The notes: generated by a model not told the origin, from the letters alone. A DNA stretch of 64,000 nucleotides from Spirochaetales bacterium (GCA_016928955.1 JAFGJV010000037.1:1-64000); one strand, 5' to 3'; shown: positions 9,620 to 19,884, numbered from the stretch's first letter. Program-made: numbers and translations.

Positions 9620-10251
9620 GAGCCTAGGTCCTCCCCTGTGAGCGCATTGTATAGAACCAACGTGCCAGGCGCAATCGGCCAGCCCTGTGACGCCACATAG
9701 TCCATGGTGAGCGCCGCCACGGCCGCGGCCAGCGACCTCAGGCCAGAAGGCCCGTCGAATTCCCCGGCGTCCAGCCTGGCCCGGAGGCCGTCGCGCCAGC
9801 TCGAGCGGCCGGGTTCCAGCTTGTCCGCCGCGTAGAGAGCCAGGCCTAGGTCCCCCATATCCGGTCTCCCCGTGGTATGCCAGGTTATGGCATCCAGAAG
9901 TTCCGCGTCACGGACCGCGCCCAGCTTTGCCAGGTATACGGCAGCCGCAGGGCCGTGGAGAAAGCGTCCCTCGGTCAGCATGTACGGTGGCAGCGTTTCC
10001 CAGTGCCCGGCGGCCAAGCGCTCCTGCTCTGCCCGGGGAAATTCCTTGCACACGTCGTGGGTGATGCCTAACACCCTGCCCCGTTCCGCATCCAGGCCGT
10101 AGCGCGCGCACAGGTCCACGGCCGTATCCGCCGAGCGCAGGCTGTGGTCGTAGCGCTCATCGGAGAGGAGGGAACGGGCAAGGGCATCTAGCCGATCCGG
10201 CGGCCAGTACCCGGCTGATGAGCCGTGAGCGTCAGTTTCTATACAATCCAT
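9604..10251 (-). CDS. yqeK: HD-domain Ap4A hydrolase YqeK
   Basis: RYDHS, THDVCK, LHG, WHTTG, ADKLEPGR; follows nadD. Confidence 0.88.
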   Translation of the reverse strand: MDCIETDAHGSSAGYWPPDRLDALARSLLSDERYDHSLRSADTAVDLCARYGLDAERGRVLGITHDVCKEFPRAEQERLAAGHWETLPPYMLTEGRFLHGPAAAVYLAKLGAVRDAELLDAITWHTTGRPDMGDLGLALYAADKLEPGRSSWRDGLRARLDAGEFDGPSGLRSLAAAVAALTMDYVASQGWPIAPGTLVLYNALTGEDLGSWPAR

Positions 10252-10801
10252 GAGCGTCCATGTAGGAGGCCACGCCGGGCGGCACCAGGTTTTTCCAGGC
10301 TCCGCCGTCCCGCACCCTTTGGCGGACCAGGGTCGACGATATGGGAACGAGCAGGTTGCCGGCGCTCTCGTGGGCCAGGCCCAGCTCGTAGCTCAGGCCG
10401 GAACGTCTGGCCACAATCAGTCTGGCCATACCCAAGATGCGGCCCGGCTCCCGCCACGACGTAAAACCTTCTGCCAGATCGTCGCCTATGAGGAGGGCTG
10501 GACGCCCGTCCGGCCGCAGGCGGGCAACAAGGTCGGCCAGCGTGTCCACGGTGTAGGACGGTCCACCGCGCCTGAGCTCGCAGTCGTCCACGGAAAACAG
10601 CTCCTGCCCGACCACGGCCAGCCTGAGCATGGCCAGCCGGTGCTCAGGGCCCGGATCGTCCACCAGGTCCTTGTGTGGAGGCATGAAGGCGGGCACCAGG
10701 ATGACGCGGCCGTATCCGAACTGCGTCGCCACTTCCTCGGCCATGATCAGGTGGCCTATGTGCACGGGATTGAAGGACCCGCCAAGGACCAGGAAGCTCA
10801 T
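10232..10801 (-). CDS. nadD: Nicotinate-nucleotide adenylyltransferase
   Basis: GGSFNPVHIGH, PPHK, SYTVDT, ISSTLVR. Confidence 0.96.
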   Translation of the reverse strand: MSFLVLGGSFNPVHIGHLIMAEEVATQFGYGRVILVPAFMPPHKDLVDDPGPEHRLAMLRLAVVGQELFSVDDCELRRGGPSYTVDTLADLVARLRPDGRPALLIGDDLAEGFTSWREPGRILGMARLIVARRSGLSYELGLAHESAGNLLVPISSTLVRQRVRDGGAWKNLVPPGVASYMDAHGLYRN

Positions 10802-11850
10802 GCGTCCCCGCTCGCCGGCTCGTCCGGCCCGCTCCCCCAGCCCGCCGTCTGGGAAGGTCGTTCGGACGCCAGCACAAAGCCCAAAAAGGCTGTTGAAAGC
10901 TCGGTAAGGCCCTGGCCGGAAAACACGGAAATGCCCAGGACCCGCTCCCCGGGCAGGCTCCCGGCCAGCTGTTCCAGCCGCCCTTCGGTTTCCGGCAGGT
11001 CCAGCTTGGTGCCTATGACCACCCGTGGCTTGCCGGTGAGGGCTTCCGAGAACGACGCAAGCTCGCGCATCAGGGTGGGGAACGCCTCCAGATAGTTGTC
11101 GTCCGACAAATCGATGAGGAAGGCCAGGCCGGCGGTGCGGGACACGTGCTTGAGGAAACGTATGCCCAGGCCGGCGCCGCCGGCGGCGCCCTCTATGATG
11201 CCCGGGATGTCGGCCAGGATGATATCCCGCTCGCCAGCTGTCAACACGCCCAGATTGGGTATCTTGGTGGTAAAGGGATAGGGCGCTATCTTGGGCCGGG
11301 CGTTGGTAAAGCGGTCCAGCAGACTGGATTTGCCCGCGTTCGGAAAGCCCACAAAGCCTATGTCTGCCATCATCTGGAGTTCGACGCGCAGTTCGACCGC
11401 CTGCCCGGGCTTGCCCGGCAGGGCAGTCCTGGGCGCCTGGTTGGTGCTGGACTTGAAGTGGACATTGCCCCAGCCGCCGTTGCCTCCCTTGAGGTACACC
11501 CAGCGGCCTTCGTTGGCCGTGCCAAAATCCCGTATCACCTCGCCCGTGGCTGCGTCGGTGACCACGGTACCCGGAGGCACGGGTATGACCACGTCGTCGC
11601 CGTCCGCGCCGTGGCGGTTCCTGCCGGACCCGTCCTCGCCATTGCGGGCCTTGAACGTGTGCGCGTAGCGCAGGTGAGCCAGGGTCCGGAGATTGCGCCG
11701 GACCTCAAAGATCACGTCGCCGCCCCGTCCTCCATCGCCTCCCGACGGGCCGCCGAGCGGCACGTATTTCTCCCGCCTGAAGGCGACACAGCCGTTCCCG
11801 CCCTTGCCCGAGGATACGACGATGGTGGTTTCATCGGCGAATTTGATCAT
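10798..11850 (-). CDS. obgE: GTPase ObgE/CgtA (short form)
   Basis: [39 protein letters not shown]. Confidence 0.97.
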   Translation of the reverse strand: MIKFADETTIVVSSGKGGNGCVAFRREKYVPLGGPSGGDGGRGGDVIFEVRRNLRTLAHLRYAHTFKARNGEDGSGRNRHGADGDDVVIPVPPGTVVTDAATGEVIRDFGTANEGRWVYLKGGNGGWGNVHFKSSTNQAPRTALPGKPGQAVELRVELQMMADIGFVGFPNAGKSSLLDRFTNARPKIAPYPFTTKIPNLGVLTAGERDIILADIPGIIEGAAGGAGLGIRFLKHVSRTAGLAFLIDLSDDNYLEAFPTLMRELASFSEALTGKPRVVIGTKLDLPETEGRLEQLAGSLPGERVLGISVFSGQGLTELSTAFLGFVLASERPSQTAGWGSGPDEPASGDA

Positions 11851-11923
11851 TTGTCCAAACGGGCCTCCTTGGCCCACGCAACACCGCAAAAAACACGGTC
11901 CACGGTGTCCTCGCATCCGCCGT

Positions 11924-11966
11924 AAAAACGGCAAGACCGCCGATCGGCAAGGCCGGCGGCGGTCTT
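11924..11966 (-). terminator. Intrinsic terminator after rpmA
   Basis: AAGACCGCCG/CGGCGGTCTT stem, T-tract on minus strand. Confidence 0.7.
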
Positions 11967-12028
11967 TCGTCGTGCGGCCGGAGCTAACCGGCCCGGGCGG
12001 CCGCTCCCAGGCGGCTCCCGCTCACGAG

Positions 12029-12271
12029 TTAGGCCTGTACGGGCTCCACGCCGGCGTACCTGCGGCCCCGGTACTCCTTGAAGAAGACCTTGCCGTCGAC
12101 CAGGGCGTAGAGCGTGTCGTCCTTGCCCTTGCCGACATTGGCGCCGGGATGGATCCTGGTGCCGCGCTGGCGGACGATGATGCTGCCGGCGCTGATGGTC
12201 TGGTTGCCGTATGCCTTGACGCCCAGGTGCTGGGGATTGGAATCGCGGCCGTTTACGCCTTTATGAGCCAT
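12029..12271 (-). CDS. rpmA: 50S ribosomal protein bL27
   Basis: [28 protein letters not shown]. Confidence 0.97.
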   Translation of the reverse strand: MAHKGVNGRDSNPQHLGVKAYGNQTISAGSIIVRQRGTRIHPGANVGKGKDDTLYALVDGKVFFKEYRGRRYAGVEPVQA

Positions 12272-12612
12272 TACTGCCTCCGTTCATGTTCTACGCTTAC
12301 ATCGACGGCGCCCGGGAATTCGCGTTCGATTCCCGAAAGGCCCGCCAGGAGGAAATCCCGTACCCCCAGAAGCCGGCCAGCATCGGCGCCTGAATAGCGC
12401 CTCAGCCTGAAGGCCAGCTGCCCGGGCTCGGGAGCCTCGCCCGCTATGTCCACACCGTCGTACTGCGCCAGGGTCTCGTATGCCGTGCGTACCAGCACGG
12501 TCACCGCGGCGCAGGCGAGGTTGGACCCCGCGGGTTGGTCGCCCGCGTGGCCAGAAGCGCTGACTTCTTCCAGCCAGCCCCCCGGCGCCAGGACGACCCT
12601 GACCCGTACCAC
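12271..12612 (-). CDS. prp: Ribosomal-processing cysteine protease Prp family; start approximate
   Basis: Between rplU and rpmA; SGHA and ACAAV catalytic motifs; TAATG overlap with rpmA. Confidence 0.88.
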   Translation of the reverse strand: MVRVRVVLAPGGWLEEVSASGHAGDQPAGSNLACAAVTVLVRTAYETLAQYDGVDIAGEAPEPGQLAFRLRRYSGADAGRLLGVRDFLLAGLSGIEREFPGAVDVSVEHERRQ

Positions 12613-12619
12613 GTCGGGC

Positions 12620-12931
12620 TTACGCCCCAACGATATCCTCTACCTTGAGCAGGGTGTACTGCTGCCTGTGGCCCTGCTTGCGGCGGTAGTCCTTCTTGGA
12701 CTTGTACTTGAAGACGATGATCTTGTCGCCCTTGACCTGGTCCTGGATGATGGCCTTGACCGACGCGCCCTTGACGTAAGGAGCGCCCACGGCCACCTTG
12801 TCGCCGGACAGGAGCAGGACGGAATCAAAGGACACGGCCTTGCCGGCCTCGCCCTCCATGCTATCGACGCGAAGCACGGCGCCCTTCTCAGCGCGGTACT
12901 GCTTGCCCTGGACTTCAACCACTGCGTACAT
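12620..12931 (-). CDS. rplU: 50S ribosomal protein bL21
   Basis: MYAVVEVQGKQY, GHRQQYT. Confidence 0.97.
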   Translation of the reverse strand: MYAVVEVQGKQYRAEKGAVLRVDSMEGEAGKAVSFDSVLLLSGDKVAVGAPYVKGASVKAIIQDQVKGDKIIVFKYKSKKDYRRKQGHRQQYTLLKVEDIVGA

Positions 12932-13159
12932 GCTGTAAACCTCTTGAGTTCCGACGCGTATCCCCAAAAACCGCAAAACGTTCTGGAAAGCGTCCGAAAT
13001 TAGCACAGATATCGCGGCGCGGCCCGCCAACGCGGAACGCCCCCGGAACCTGCGACCGTATGACGTGGCTCGCAGGCGAACGGCCTCCGCGCCCTGAAAC
13101 GCACCGCGTTGCCCAACGGGCTCCTCGCACAGGCGGAGCGACGGGCGTACCGGTGCGGT

Positions 13160-13189
13160 TTTATACTATGGAAGCCGCCCCGGTGTCAA
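13160..13189 (-). promoter_or_regulatory. Sigma70-like promoter of the rplU operon
   Basis: TTGACA-18 nt-TATAAA on the minus strand. Confidence 0.6.
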
Positions 13190-13202
13190 CATACGCGGCC
13201 GC

Positions 13203-14948
13203 TTACATCCTATCCACGGTGTCTATGCCCAGGAGCGACAGGCCCAGGGCCAGAGCGCGCCCGGCCATGCCGCAGAGGGCAAGCCTGCCCGAGCGCGTGG
13301 CCGGATCCTTAGCCGCCAGCACGGGACAGCTTTCGTAAAAGGAGTGGAACAGCGACGCCAGCCCGTACAGATAGGTGCACAGGCGGTGCGGTTCCAGGCT
13401 ACGCTCCACCTGGGCAACGGCGTCTGGGAAGCGCAAAAGCTCCACGGCCAGGGCCCGCTCCGCGGGCTCGGCCACCGGCACGGCGTCCGGGTTAGGCCGC
13501 AGGCCAGCCTCGTCGGCCTTGCGGAAAATACTTCGTATGCGCACGTACGCGTTCTGCAGATAGGGCGCCGTGTTGCCCTCAAACGCGAGCATACGGTCCC
13601 AGCTGAACACGTAGTCCTTGATGCGGTCGTTGGACAGGTCCACGTACTTGAGGGCGCCCATGCCTATGGCCCGGGCAACGGCCACCTTGTCGTCGTCCGT
13701 CATGTCGGGGGCCTTTGCGTCCACAATGTCCCTGGCGCGCTTCAAAGCCTCGTCTATGAGGTCGGTCAGCTTGATCACCTCGCCCGAGCGCGTCTTGAAC
13801 ATCTTGCCGTCCTCGCCCAGCACCGACCCAAAGGGCACGTACTCGGCCCTCACCGCGTCGGTCAGCCAGCCGGCCATCCTCGCGGCGGCGAATAGGAGGT
13901 CAAAATGCTGCTTTTGCGGCGACCCGACCACGTACACCAGGCGGGAACAGCCCAAATCCAGGATGCGGTGGCGTATGGCCGCCAGGTCAGTATTGTCGTA
14001 GCCATAGCCCCCGTCGCTTTTTTTCACGATCAGGGGAACGGGCGCGCCGTCCCTGCCCTTGAAACCGGGCGGGAACACGCACAGGGCCCCCTCGCTCTGG
14101 ACGGCCACGCCCTTGGCCACAAGCTCGCCGGCCGTGGGCTCAAGCATGTCGTTGTAGAAACTCTCGCCAAAATAATCCGCGTCGGACAGGCTTACGCCCA
14201 GGCGCTTGTATATCTCGTTGAAATGCCGCTTGGATTCCGCGATCAGGGCCGACCACAGCCTTCGCGTTTCCGGGTCGCCGGACTGGAGGGCAACCACACG
14301 CCTGCGCGCGCGCTCGGCAAAGTCCGGCTCCGCGTCAAAACGGGCCTTTGACTGCCGGTACAGGTCGTTGAGGTCACCTATGCCGTGGCCGTCCGACCCG
14401 TCCAGGCCCCGGTCCACCATGTGCTCTATCAGCTGGCCAAACTGCGTGCCCCAGTCTCCCAGGTGGTTGCGCCTGAGCACCCTGTGCCCGGCGAACTCCA
14501 GCATCCGTGAGAGGGCGTCGCCTATGATGGTTGAGCGTATGTGGCCAACATGCATTTCCTTGGCCACGTTTGGCGCGGAATAGTCCACGGCCACGGTGTC
14601 TGGATGGCTGGTCTGGGCAACGCCAAGCCGCGGGTCTCCGTCAAGGCCCGCAAGGGCGGCGACCAGGAAGGCATCCGCCAGTTTGACGTTGATGAAACCC
14701 GGCCCCGCTATGTCCACGGACGACGCCACCGTGCCCAGGTCCAGATGCTTGACCAGGGCCTCGGCCACCGCGCGGGGCGGCTTGCCGAGCTTCTTGCCCA
14801 GGCTCATGGCCACATTGGCCTGCCAGTCGCCAAAGGCCGCGTCCGCCGACGAGCGTACCAGGGGATCGGTATCCGCGTACTCGGGGCCGTACGCCCGGGT
14901 TATGGCTGACTGGAACGCCGTTTCAAGCAGGGTCTGGACATCGCTCAC
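13203..14948 (-). CDS. argS: Arginine--tRNA ligase
   Basis: SAPNVAKEMHVGHIRSTIIGD, HLGDWGTQFG, KMFKTRSG, GNTAPYLQ; GTG after GGAGG. Confidence 0.97.
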   Translation of the reverse strand: MSDVQTLLETAFQSAITRAYGPEYADTDPLVRSSADAAFGDWQANVAMSLGKKLGKPPRAVAEALVKHLDLGTVASSVDIAGPGFINVKLADAFLVAALAGLDGDPRLGVAQTSHPDTVAVDYSAPNVAKEMHVGHIRSTIIGDALSRMLEFAGHRVLRRNHLGDWGTQFGQLIEHMVDRGLDGSDGHGIGDLNDLYRQSKARFDAEPDFAERARRRVVALQSGDPETRRLWSALIAESKRHFNEIYKRLGVSLSDADYFGESFYNDMLEPTAGELVAKGVAVQSEGALCVFPPGFKGRDGAPVPLIVKKSDGGYGYDNTDLAAIRHRILDLGCSRLVYVVGSPQKQHFDLLFAAARMAGWLTDAVRAEYVPFGSVLGEDGKMFKTRSGEVIKLTDLIDEALKRARDIVDAKAPDMTDDDKVAVARAIGMGALKYVDLSNDRIKDYVFSWDRMLAFEGNTAPYLQNAYVRIRSIFRKADEAGLRPNPDAVPVAEPAERALAVELLRFPDAVAQVERSLEPHRLCTYLYGLASLFHSFYESCPVLAAKDPATRSGRLALCGMAGRALALGLSLLGIDTVDRM

Positions 14949-15062
14949 GTGAGAAGCCTCCGCTGGGTTGAACATACGTGTGAAAGCCCACCGGATGGTG
15001 GTCGGGCCTGGCCGGAGTGTAGCAAAATTGGACGTTTTTGGATACCGGCCCATGGCCGGCTT

Positions 15063-15968
15063 TCAGAACCGGAGACTGTCCTTGATCGACAGCCCGCCGC
15101 TCGCCTCCACCCACACGCTGAAACGGTCGCCGGAAGCCACGCGCCTATGGACGGCGTTCCCGTATACCGAGCGCACGATGCCCTCGCGCCTGGACGCCGC
15201 GTCGTCGCCCATAACGCTCACCAGCTCGGCAAGGCGCTCGCGGTACACGCCGGGGGCCAATCCATATATGTCGTTTTCAGCGCGTTCGTACATGTAGGGC
15301 ACGCCGTCGGGGCCGCTCACGGCCAGGGGCAGGCCCTGGCTCTCGGGCACACGGTCCGAGAAGATGCGGTAGGGCACGGCCAGGTTGACCTCGCGGCCAC
15401 CCGCTATCTCGGTGTAGGCAAAATTGCATACCACGGCGTCAAGGTATATGTCCGTGCCGGCAATGGACAGCGTTTCGCTGGCGGCGGGGCCGTCACGGCC
15501 ATCCGACGCGTAATACGACAGGCTGAGCGTTGTCGTTCCCCCGGTTACCGAGTCCACGCGCACGTCCATGACCTTGTAGCGACCCTCCAGGTGACGCACC
15601 ACCGCTGACAGCTCGCGGACGCGCTCGGCGTTGGCCTTCATCTCCTCCAGGCTCCTGAGCGAGTCGGCCACGGCGACCAGGGCAGCGCCCGCCGCCACGG
15701 CAGCCAGGATGGCCGGTATGGCGGCTCCCGCCCCCACGATGGCTGAACCCAGCTCCTTGACGGCCACCAGGGCCGCCTCGCCGGCGCCCAGGCGCTTACC
15801 CGCGGCAGCGCAGGCCAGGGCCCGGTCCCGCGCCGCGTTCCACACGCGGGCGAGCAGGACGACGACGACGACGGCGCCCACCAGCGCCAGGCCCCAGGGC
15901 GAGGCAAACAGGGCGCGCGCCAGGTCCGAAAAGCCGTACAGAAAGGATTTGAGAGCGCCTTCGTCCAT
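15063..15968 (-). CDS. Hypothetical membrane-anchored protein (paralog of 15971..16579)
   Basis: Two hydrophobic segments, coiled-coil, C-terminal domain; SD GGAGG; 2-nt gap to upstream gene. Confidence 0.75.
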   Translation of the reverse strand: MDEGALKSFLYGFSDLARALFASPWGLALVGAVVVVVLLARVWNAARDRALACAAAGKRLGAGEAALVAVKELGSAIVGAGAAIPAILAAVAAGAALVAVADSLRSLEEMKANAERVRELSAVVRHLEGRYKVMDVRVDSVTGGTTTLSLSYYASDGRDGPAASETLSIAGTDIYLDAVVCNFAYTEIAGGREVNLAVPYRIFSDRVPESQGLPLAVSGPDGVPYMYERAENDIYGLAPGVYRERLAELVSVMGDDAASRREGIVRSVYGNAVHRRVASGDRFSVWVEASGGLSIKDSLRF

Positions 15969-15970
15969 GC

Positions 15971-16579
15971 TCAGTCCTCCAGTATCTCTATGCCGCCGGC
16001 CTTCCTGGCCACCACGCGGTAGGGAACGCCCAGTTTGAACCTGCCCAGGGAGGCCACGTCATGGACGGCGCTGCCAAAGGCGCCCGCTGGCTGGGCCCCG
16101 GCCAGGTAGGCAGCGTACAGCCTGCCCAGCTCAGCTAGCGAGCCGTGGTCAAAGGGGCCGCCCTCATGGCTCCTCGGGAGCCCGTCCTTCATGACCAGGC
16201 CGCCGAATTCCACGCCGTCAGCCGGCGCTTCGAGCTCTCCAAAGGCCCGGTACGGGAAAGCCAGCCAGGCGTCGCCGTAGGGCACCACCAAAAGGTCGAC
16301 GAACAGACTGGTGCCGCGCACGGTGGCCGTGGTCCGGGCGTATTCCGTGCCGGCAAGGTTCAAAAAGGCAAATCTGGCCGTCAGCCGGTCGTCCGAACGC
16401 GACTCGACCATGAAGCGAATGGGTACCGTTTCCGCGGTGAGCGACGCTATCTGACGCTCAAGCTCGCCTATCCGGGCTCGCTGGACGGCAAGAATGGCTC
16501 CGGCGGCCAGCCATAACAGGGCGGCGAGCGCCGCCAGGGCCAGCGCTGTCCGGATCAGGCCCGTGCCCTTACGCTTCAT
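15971..16579 (-). CDS. Hypothetical membrane-anchored protein (paralog of 15063..15968)
   Basis: N-terminal TM/signal, coiled-coil, shared C-terminal motifs; overlaps ligA stop. Confidence 0.75.
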   Translation of the reverse strand: MKRKGTGLIRTALALAALAALLWLAAGAILAVQRARIGELERQIASLTAETVPIRFMVESRSDDRLTARFAFLNLAGTEYARTTATVRGTSLFVDLLVVPYGDAWLAFPYRAFGELEAPADGVEFGGLVMKDGLPRSHEGGPFDHGSLAELGRLYAAYLAGAQPAGAFGSAVHDVASLGRFKLGVPYRVVARKAGGIEILED

Positions 16580-18509
16580 GGGAGCCTCCAGTCAGGCGCA
16601 GGAAGGCTGCTTCGTCCAGTATGGTCACCCCGAGCTGGACGGCCTTTTTGTTCTTGGACGAACCCGACCCCGGGTCGTTGGTAACCAGGTAGCGCAGGTC
16701 CTTGGTCACCGACGATCGGGCCGTGCCGCCCAGGGAGCGGACCAGGGCTTCGGCCTGGGACCGCTTCATGGCAGCAAGCTCCCCGGTAAAGCAGAAGGAT
16801 ACGCCGGCAAGCGGGCCCGCCGCGGCCGGAGCCCGTATGGCCAGGGGACCGCCGGCAAGGGCCGCGTCCATGTCTGCCCTGAGGCGCGCAAGCCCGTCCG
16901 CAAGCGCGCCAGCCGTTATGTCCCCAAAGCCGTCTATGGCCGCCAGGTCTTCCACCGACGCCGCCCTGAGCTTGTCCAGGCTGTCAAAGCCGGCGGCAAT
17001 GGCCTTTTGCGCTATCAAGACGCCGATGTTCTCTATATCAAAGCCGGCTATGAAGTCGGCAAGGTCCAGGGTCCGCTTCGAGCGGAGGCTGTCCAAAACC
17101 TTGGCCGCTGACAGCTCGCCCATGCGCTCGTAGGATGCCAGCTCGTCGACCGAGAGCGTGTACAGGTCCGCTATGGCCCTGACCCTACCCGACTCGAACA
17201 GCCTACCGATAAGCCCTACCCCAAAGTCCCGGACGTCCAGCACGTCCAGCCACTTTTCCAGCCTGTGCAGGGCCTTCTTGGGACAGGCCGGGTTCGGGCA
17301 ATATAATCGCGTGCCCTCGTCCAGGAGGCCCGCGCCGCAGGAACACTGGCTGGGCACGGGTATGGGCTGCGCGTCAGCGGGGTTTTCTACCAGGCCCTCT
17401 ATTTTGGGGATGATCTCCCCGCGTTTGACCACCACCACGCGCGAGCCCAGGCGTAGCCCCATGCCGTTGATGGTGTTGGTATTGGCCAGGTTGGCGCGCT
17501 TAACCGTGGTTCCGGCCAGGCGCACGGGCTCTATCAGGCCTATGGGCGTGTAATTGGCTCCCGATTCGCTCCATTCCACGTCCAGAAGGGTGGATACCGC
17601 TTCCTCCAGGGGAAATTTGAAGGCGATCTGCAATTCCGGCCTGGCCCTGCGCATGTCCACGGGGTCGACGATGCGTTGCTTGACCACCAGGCCGTCTATG
17701 TCGTAGGGCAAGCTGGCGCGCGACGCTACCACCCGGGCGCGGTGGTCGATCACCTGGTAGGGTTCGGCCAGAAGCTCGGTGCGCACGGTGTTGAACCCCA
17801 ACGACGTGAGCCAGCCGATTTTTTCAAGCTCGTCGTCAAAGGGCGGCTCGGGGCGGGTCTGGAACAGGCTGCCCGTGTCCGCGCCGTACAAGTCCTTAGG
17901 GGCGGCGTCGTAGCATATGACGTCCAGATGCTCCGCGCCCTGCCCGTCCTTGCGTTTCATGATGCCGTTGGCCGCGTTTCGGCAGTTGGCCTTGTCGGGG
18001 AAATGCTCGGCGTGGACGGCCTTGGACATGACCACCTCGCCGCGTACGGCCCCGGTGAAATCCGTCGGCAATTTGCCCAAGACCCCTTTCATACGCGTGG
18101 CGTTGGCCGTGATGTCGTCGCCCACGATGCCGTCGCCCCTGGTCACGGCCCTGGTAAGCGTTCCCCGCTCGTACTGAAGCTCCACGCTGGCCCCGTCCAG
18201 CTTGTCCTGCACCACGAACTCGGCAAGGCCGGTTTTTTTTGCCCATGAAAGGAATTCGTCGGGATTGGCCGCTTTCTCCTGGCTGCCCATGGGCAGTATG
18301 TGCCTGGCCTTGCGGAACACCCCGGACGAATCCGCGCCAACGGCGGATAGCACGGGATTTTCGGGCTCCAAGCCCTTGAGTTCATCCCAGAGGGCGTCGA
18401 ATTCAGCGTCAGATATCTCGGGCTGGCCGTTGTAGTACAAATCCTGATGACGCTTGACCAGGGCTTCCAGCTCCACGGCCCGCGCTTGGCGTCTGGCAGT
18501 ATCCGGCAT
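16569..18509 (-). CDS. ligA: NAD-dependent DNA ligase
   Basis: YYNGQPEISDAEFD, KLDG, TRGDG, DGLVVK, Zn finger, HhH repeats, BRCT. Confidence 0.97.
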   Translation of the reverse strand: MPDTARRQARAVELEALVKRHQDLYYNGQPEISDAEFDALWDELKGLEPENPVLSAVGADSSGVFRKARHILPMGSQEKAANPDEFLSWAKKTGLAEFVVQDKLDGASVELQYERGTLTRAVTRGDGIVGDDITANATRMKGVLGKLPTDFTGAVRGEVVMSKAVHAEHFPDKANCRNAANGIMKRKDGQGAEHLDVICYDAAPKDLYGADTGSLFQTRPEPPFDDELEKIGWLTSLGFNTVRTELLAEPYQVIDHRARVVASRASLPYDIDGLVVKQRIVDPVDMRRARPELQIAFKFPLEEAVSTLLDVEWSESGANYTPIGLIEPVRLAGTTVKRANLANTNTINGMGLRLGSRVVVVKRGEIIPKIEGLVENPADAQPIPVPSQCSCGAGLLDEGTRLYCPNPACPKKALHRLEKWLDVLDVRDFGVGLIGRLFESGRVRAIADLYTLSVDELASYERMGELSAAKVLDSLRSKRTLDLADFIAGFDIENIGVLIAQKAIAAGFDSLDKLRAASVEDLAAIDGFGDITAGALADGLARLRADMDAALAGGPLAIRAPAAAGPLAGVSFCFTGELAAMKRSQAEALVRSLGGTARSSVTKDLRYLVTNDPGSGSSKNKKAVQLGVTILDEAAFLRLTGGSHEA

Positions 18510-18686
18510 GGTCCTCCCCCTTGACTGGTCTCCCATTGTAGATGGCCTCGGCTCGGCCGGTCAACGTAGCGGCGCTTGACCCGGACGCCCGCGTCAGGCT
18601 AGCGTAGCCCGGCGCGGACGCTGACGGAGCCATACGGGCCCGTGAGGCGGAGGGATCGCCCCGGTGGCCGCGCCGAAAGAGCTTGT

Positions 18687-19853
18687 ATGCGCGCCGTATC
18701 CCACTCACCCCTCGCAAAAATGGCCGTCATTGGACCCGCGGCCTTCCTGACCAGCCTGGGCATAGGCATCATAGGCCTCGGCCTCCTGCTCGTCGTCATG
18801 GACGTATACGGAGCCAGCCCCGCCCAGATAGGCTGGTTCGGAGCGGTATGGTCCACCTGCTACTTCATAGGCTGCATGGCCCTGGCCAAACTGGTGGCCA
18901 TGCTTAGGGCCCGTACGGCCATGGCCTTCATGCTGACGGCCAGCGTGGCCATTTTCGGGCTATTCCTGATCTTTCCTGGAATGTGGCAGGCTTTTGCCGC
19001 CTACGGCCTGTACGGCTTCCTGACCGCCTTTTTCTGGCCGCCCATGATGGGCTGGCTGTCAAAGAGCCTGGAAGGCAAGGCCCTGTCCAAAGCGACCAGC
19101 TGGTTCAGCTTTTCGTGGAGCTTTGGCGGCGTACTGAGTCCCTACGTGGCCGGCCTCCTGTCCGAACGGGGCAAGTTCCTGCCCATCTGGGTGGCCATGG
19201 CCGTATTCGGGCTGAACGCCGTATTTGTGCTCACGTCCAGGCTGTGGCTGTCGGATCCCGACGAGGCCGTATCCTCGGCAGCCGCCCAGCCTACGGACGG
19301 CCAGGAAGACAGGTCCACGCCCCTGCGCTACCCCGCCTGGCTGGGCGTGGTACTCATCTATATGGTTATGGGCGTCATCCTCAACGTGTTCCCCGTGTTC
19401 GCGCGGGGCGAGCTGGGGCTGTCCGAATCCAGGGTAGGCTTTCTCCTGACCGTGCGAGCCGTGGCCACGGCCTTTGGCTTTGTGGTGCTGAGCCGCTGGC
19501 ATGGCTGGCAGTTCAAGCGCCTGGCCATACCCGGCCTATCCCTGCTGGCCGCCGCTTCACTTGCCTTTCTGGCTTTCCAGATGGAGCCGTTGGGCTTTGG
19601 GCTCGGCTTTACGGTGGCCGGCCTGGTCATGGCCATGGTGTACAACAACTCGCTTTTTTACGCCACCAGCGGCGCCCTGGACCGCGACAAACGCGCCAAT
19701 ACGCATGAAGCCCTCCTGACCGCAGGCCAGGTGCTTGGCTCGGTGGCTGGAGGGCTTATGTACCAGGACCTGTCCATGCCCCTGGTGTTCGCCGGTCTGG
19801 CCGGACTCCTTGGTATCGGCGCGGCCATGCAGTTGGGCATGCTGCGCAGGTAG
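18687..19853 (+). CDS. MFS transporter
   Basis: About 12 hydrophobic helices in two halves with a central hydrophilic loop. Confidence 0.85.
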   Translation: MRAVSHSPLAKMAVIGPAAFLTSLGIGIIGLGLLLVVMDVYGASPAQIGWFGAVWSTCYFIGCMALAKLVAMLRARTAMAFMLTASVAIFGLFLIFPGMWQAFAAYGLYGFLTAFFWPPMMGWLSKSLEGKALSKATSWFSFSWSFGGVLSPYVAGLLSERGKFLPIWVAMAVFGLNAVFVLTSRLWLSDPDEAVSSAAAQPTDGQEDRSTPLRYPAWLGVVLIYMVMGVILNVFPVFARGELGLSESRVGFLLTVRAVATAFGFVVLSRWHGWQFKRLAIPGLSLLAAASLAFLAFQMEPLGFGLGFTVAGLVMAMVYNNSLFYATSGALDRDKRANTHEALLTAGQVLGSVAGGLMYQDLSMPLVFAGLAGLLGIGAAMQLGMLRR

Positions 19854-19861
19854 GTCTGCGG

Positions 19862-19884
19862 ACATCAAAGCTTCGTCACACCAG
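19862..19884 (+). repeat. Dispersed repeat copy 2 (solo)
   Basis: ACATCAAAGCTTCGTCACACCAG just after the MFS stop. Confidence 0.85.
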
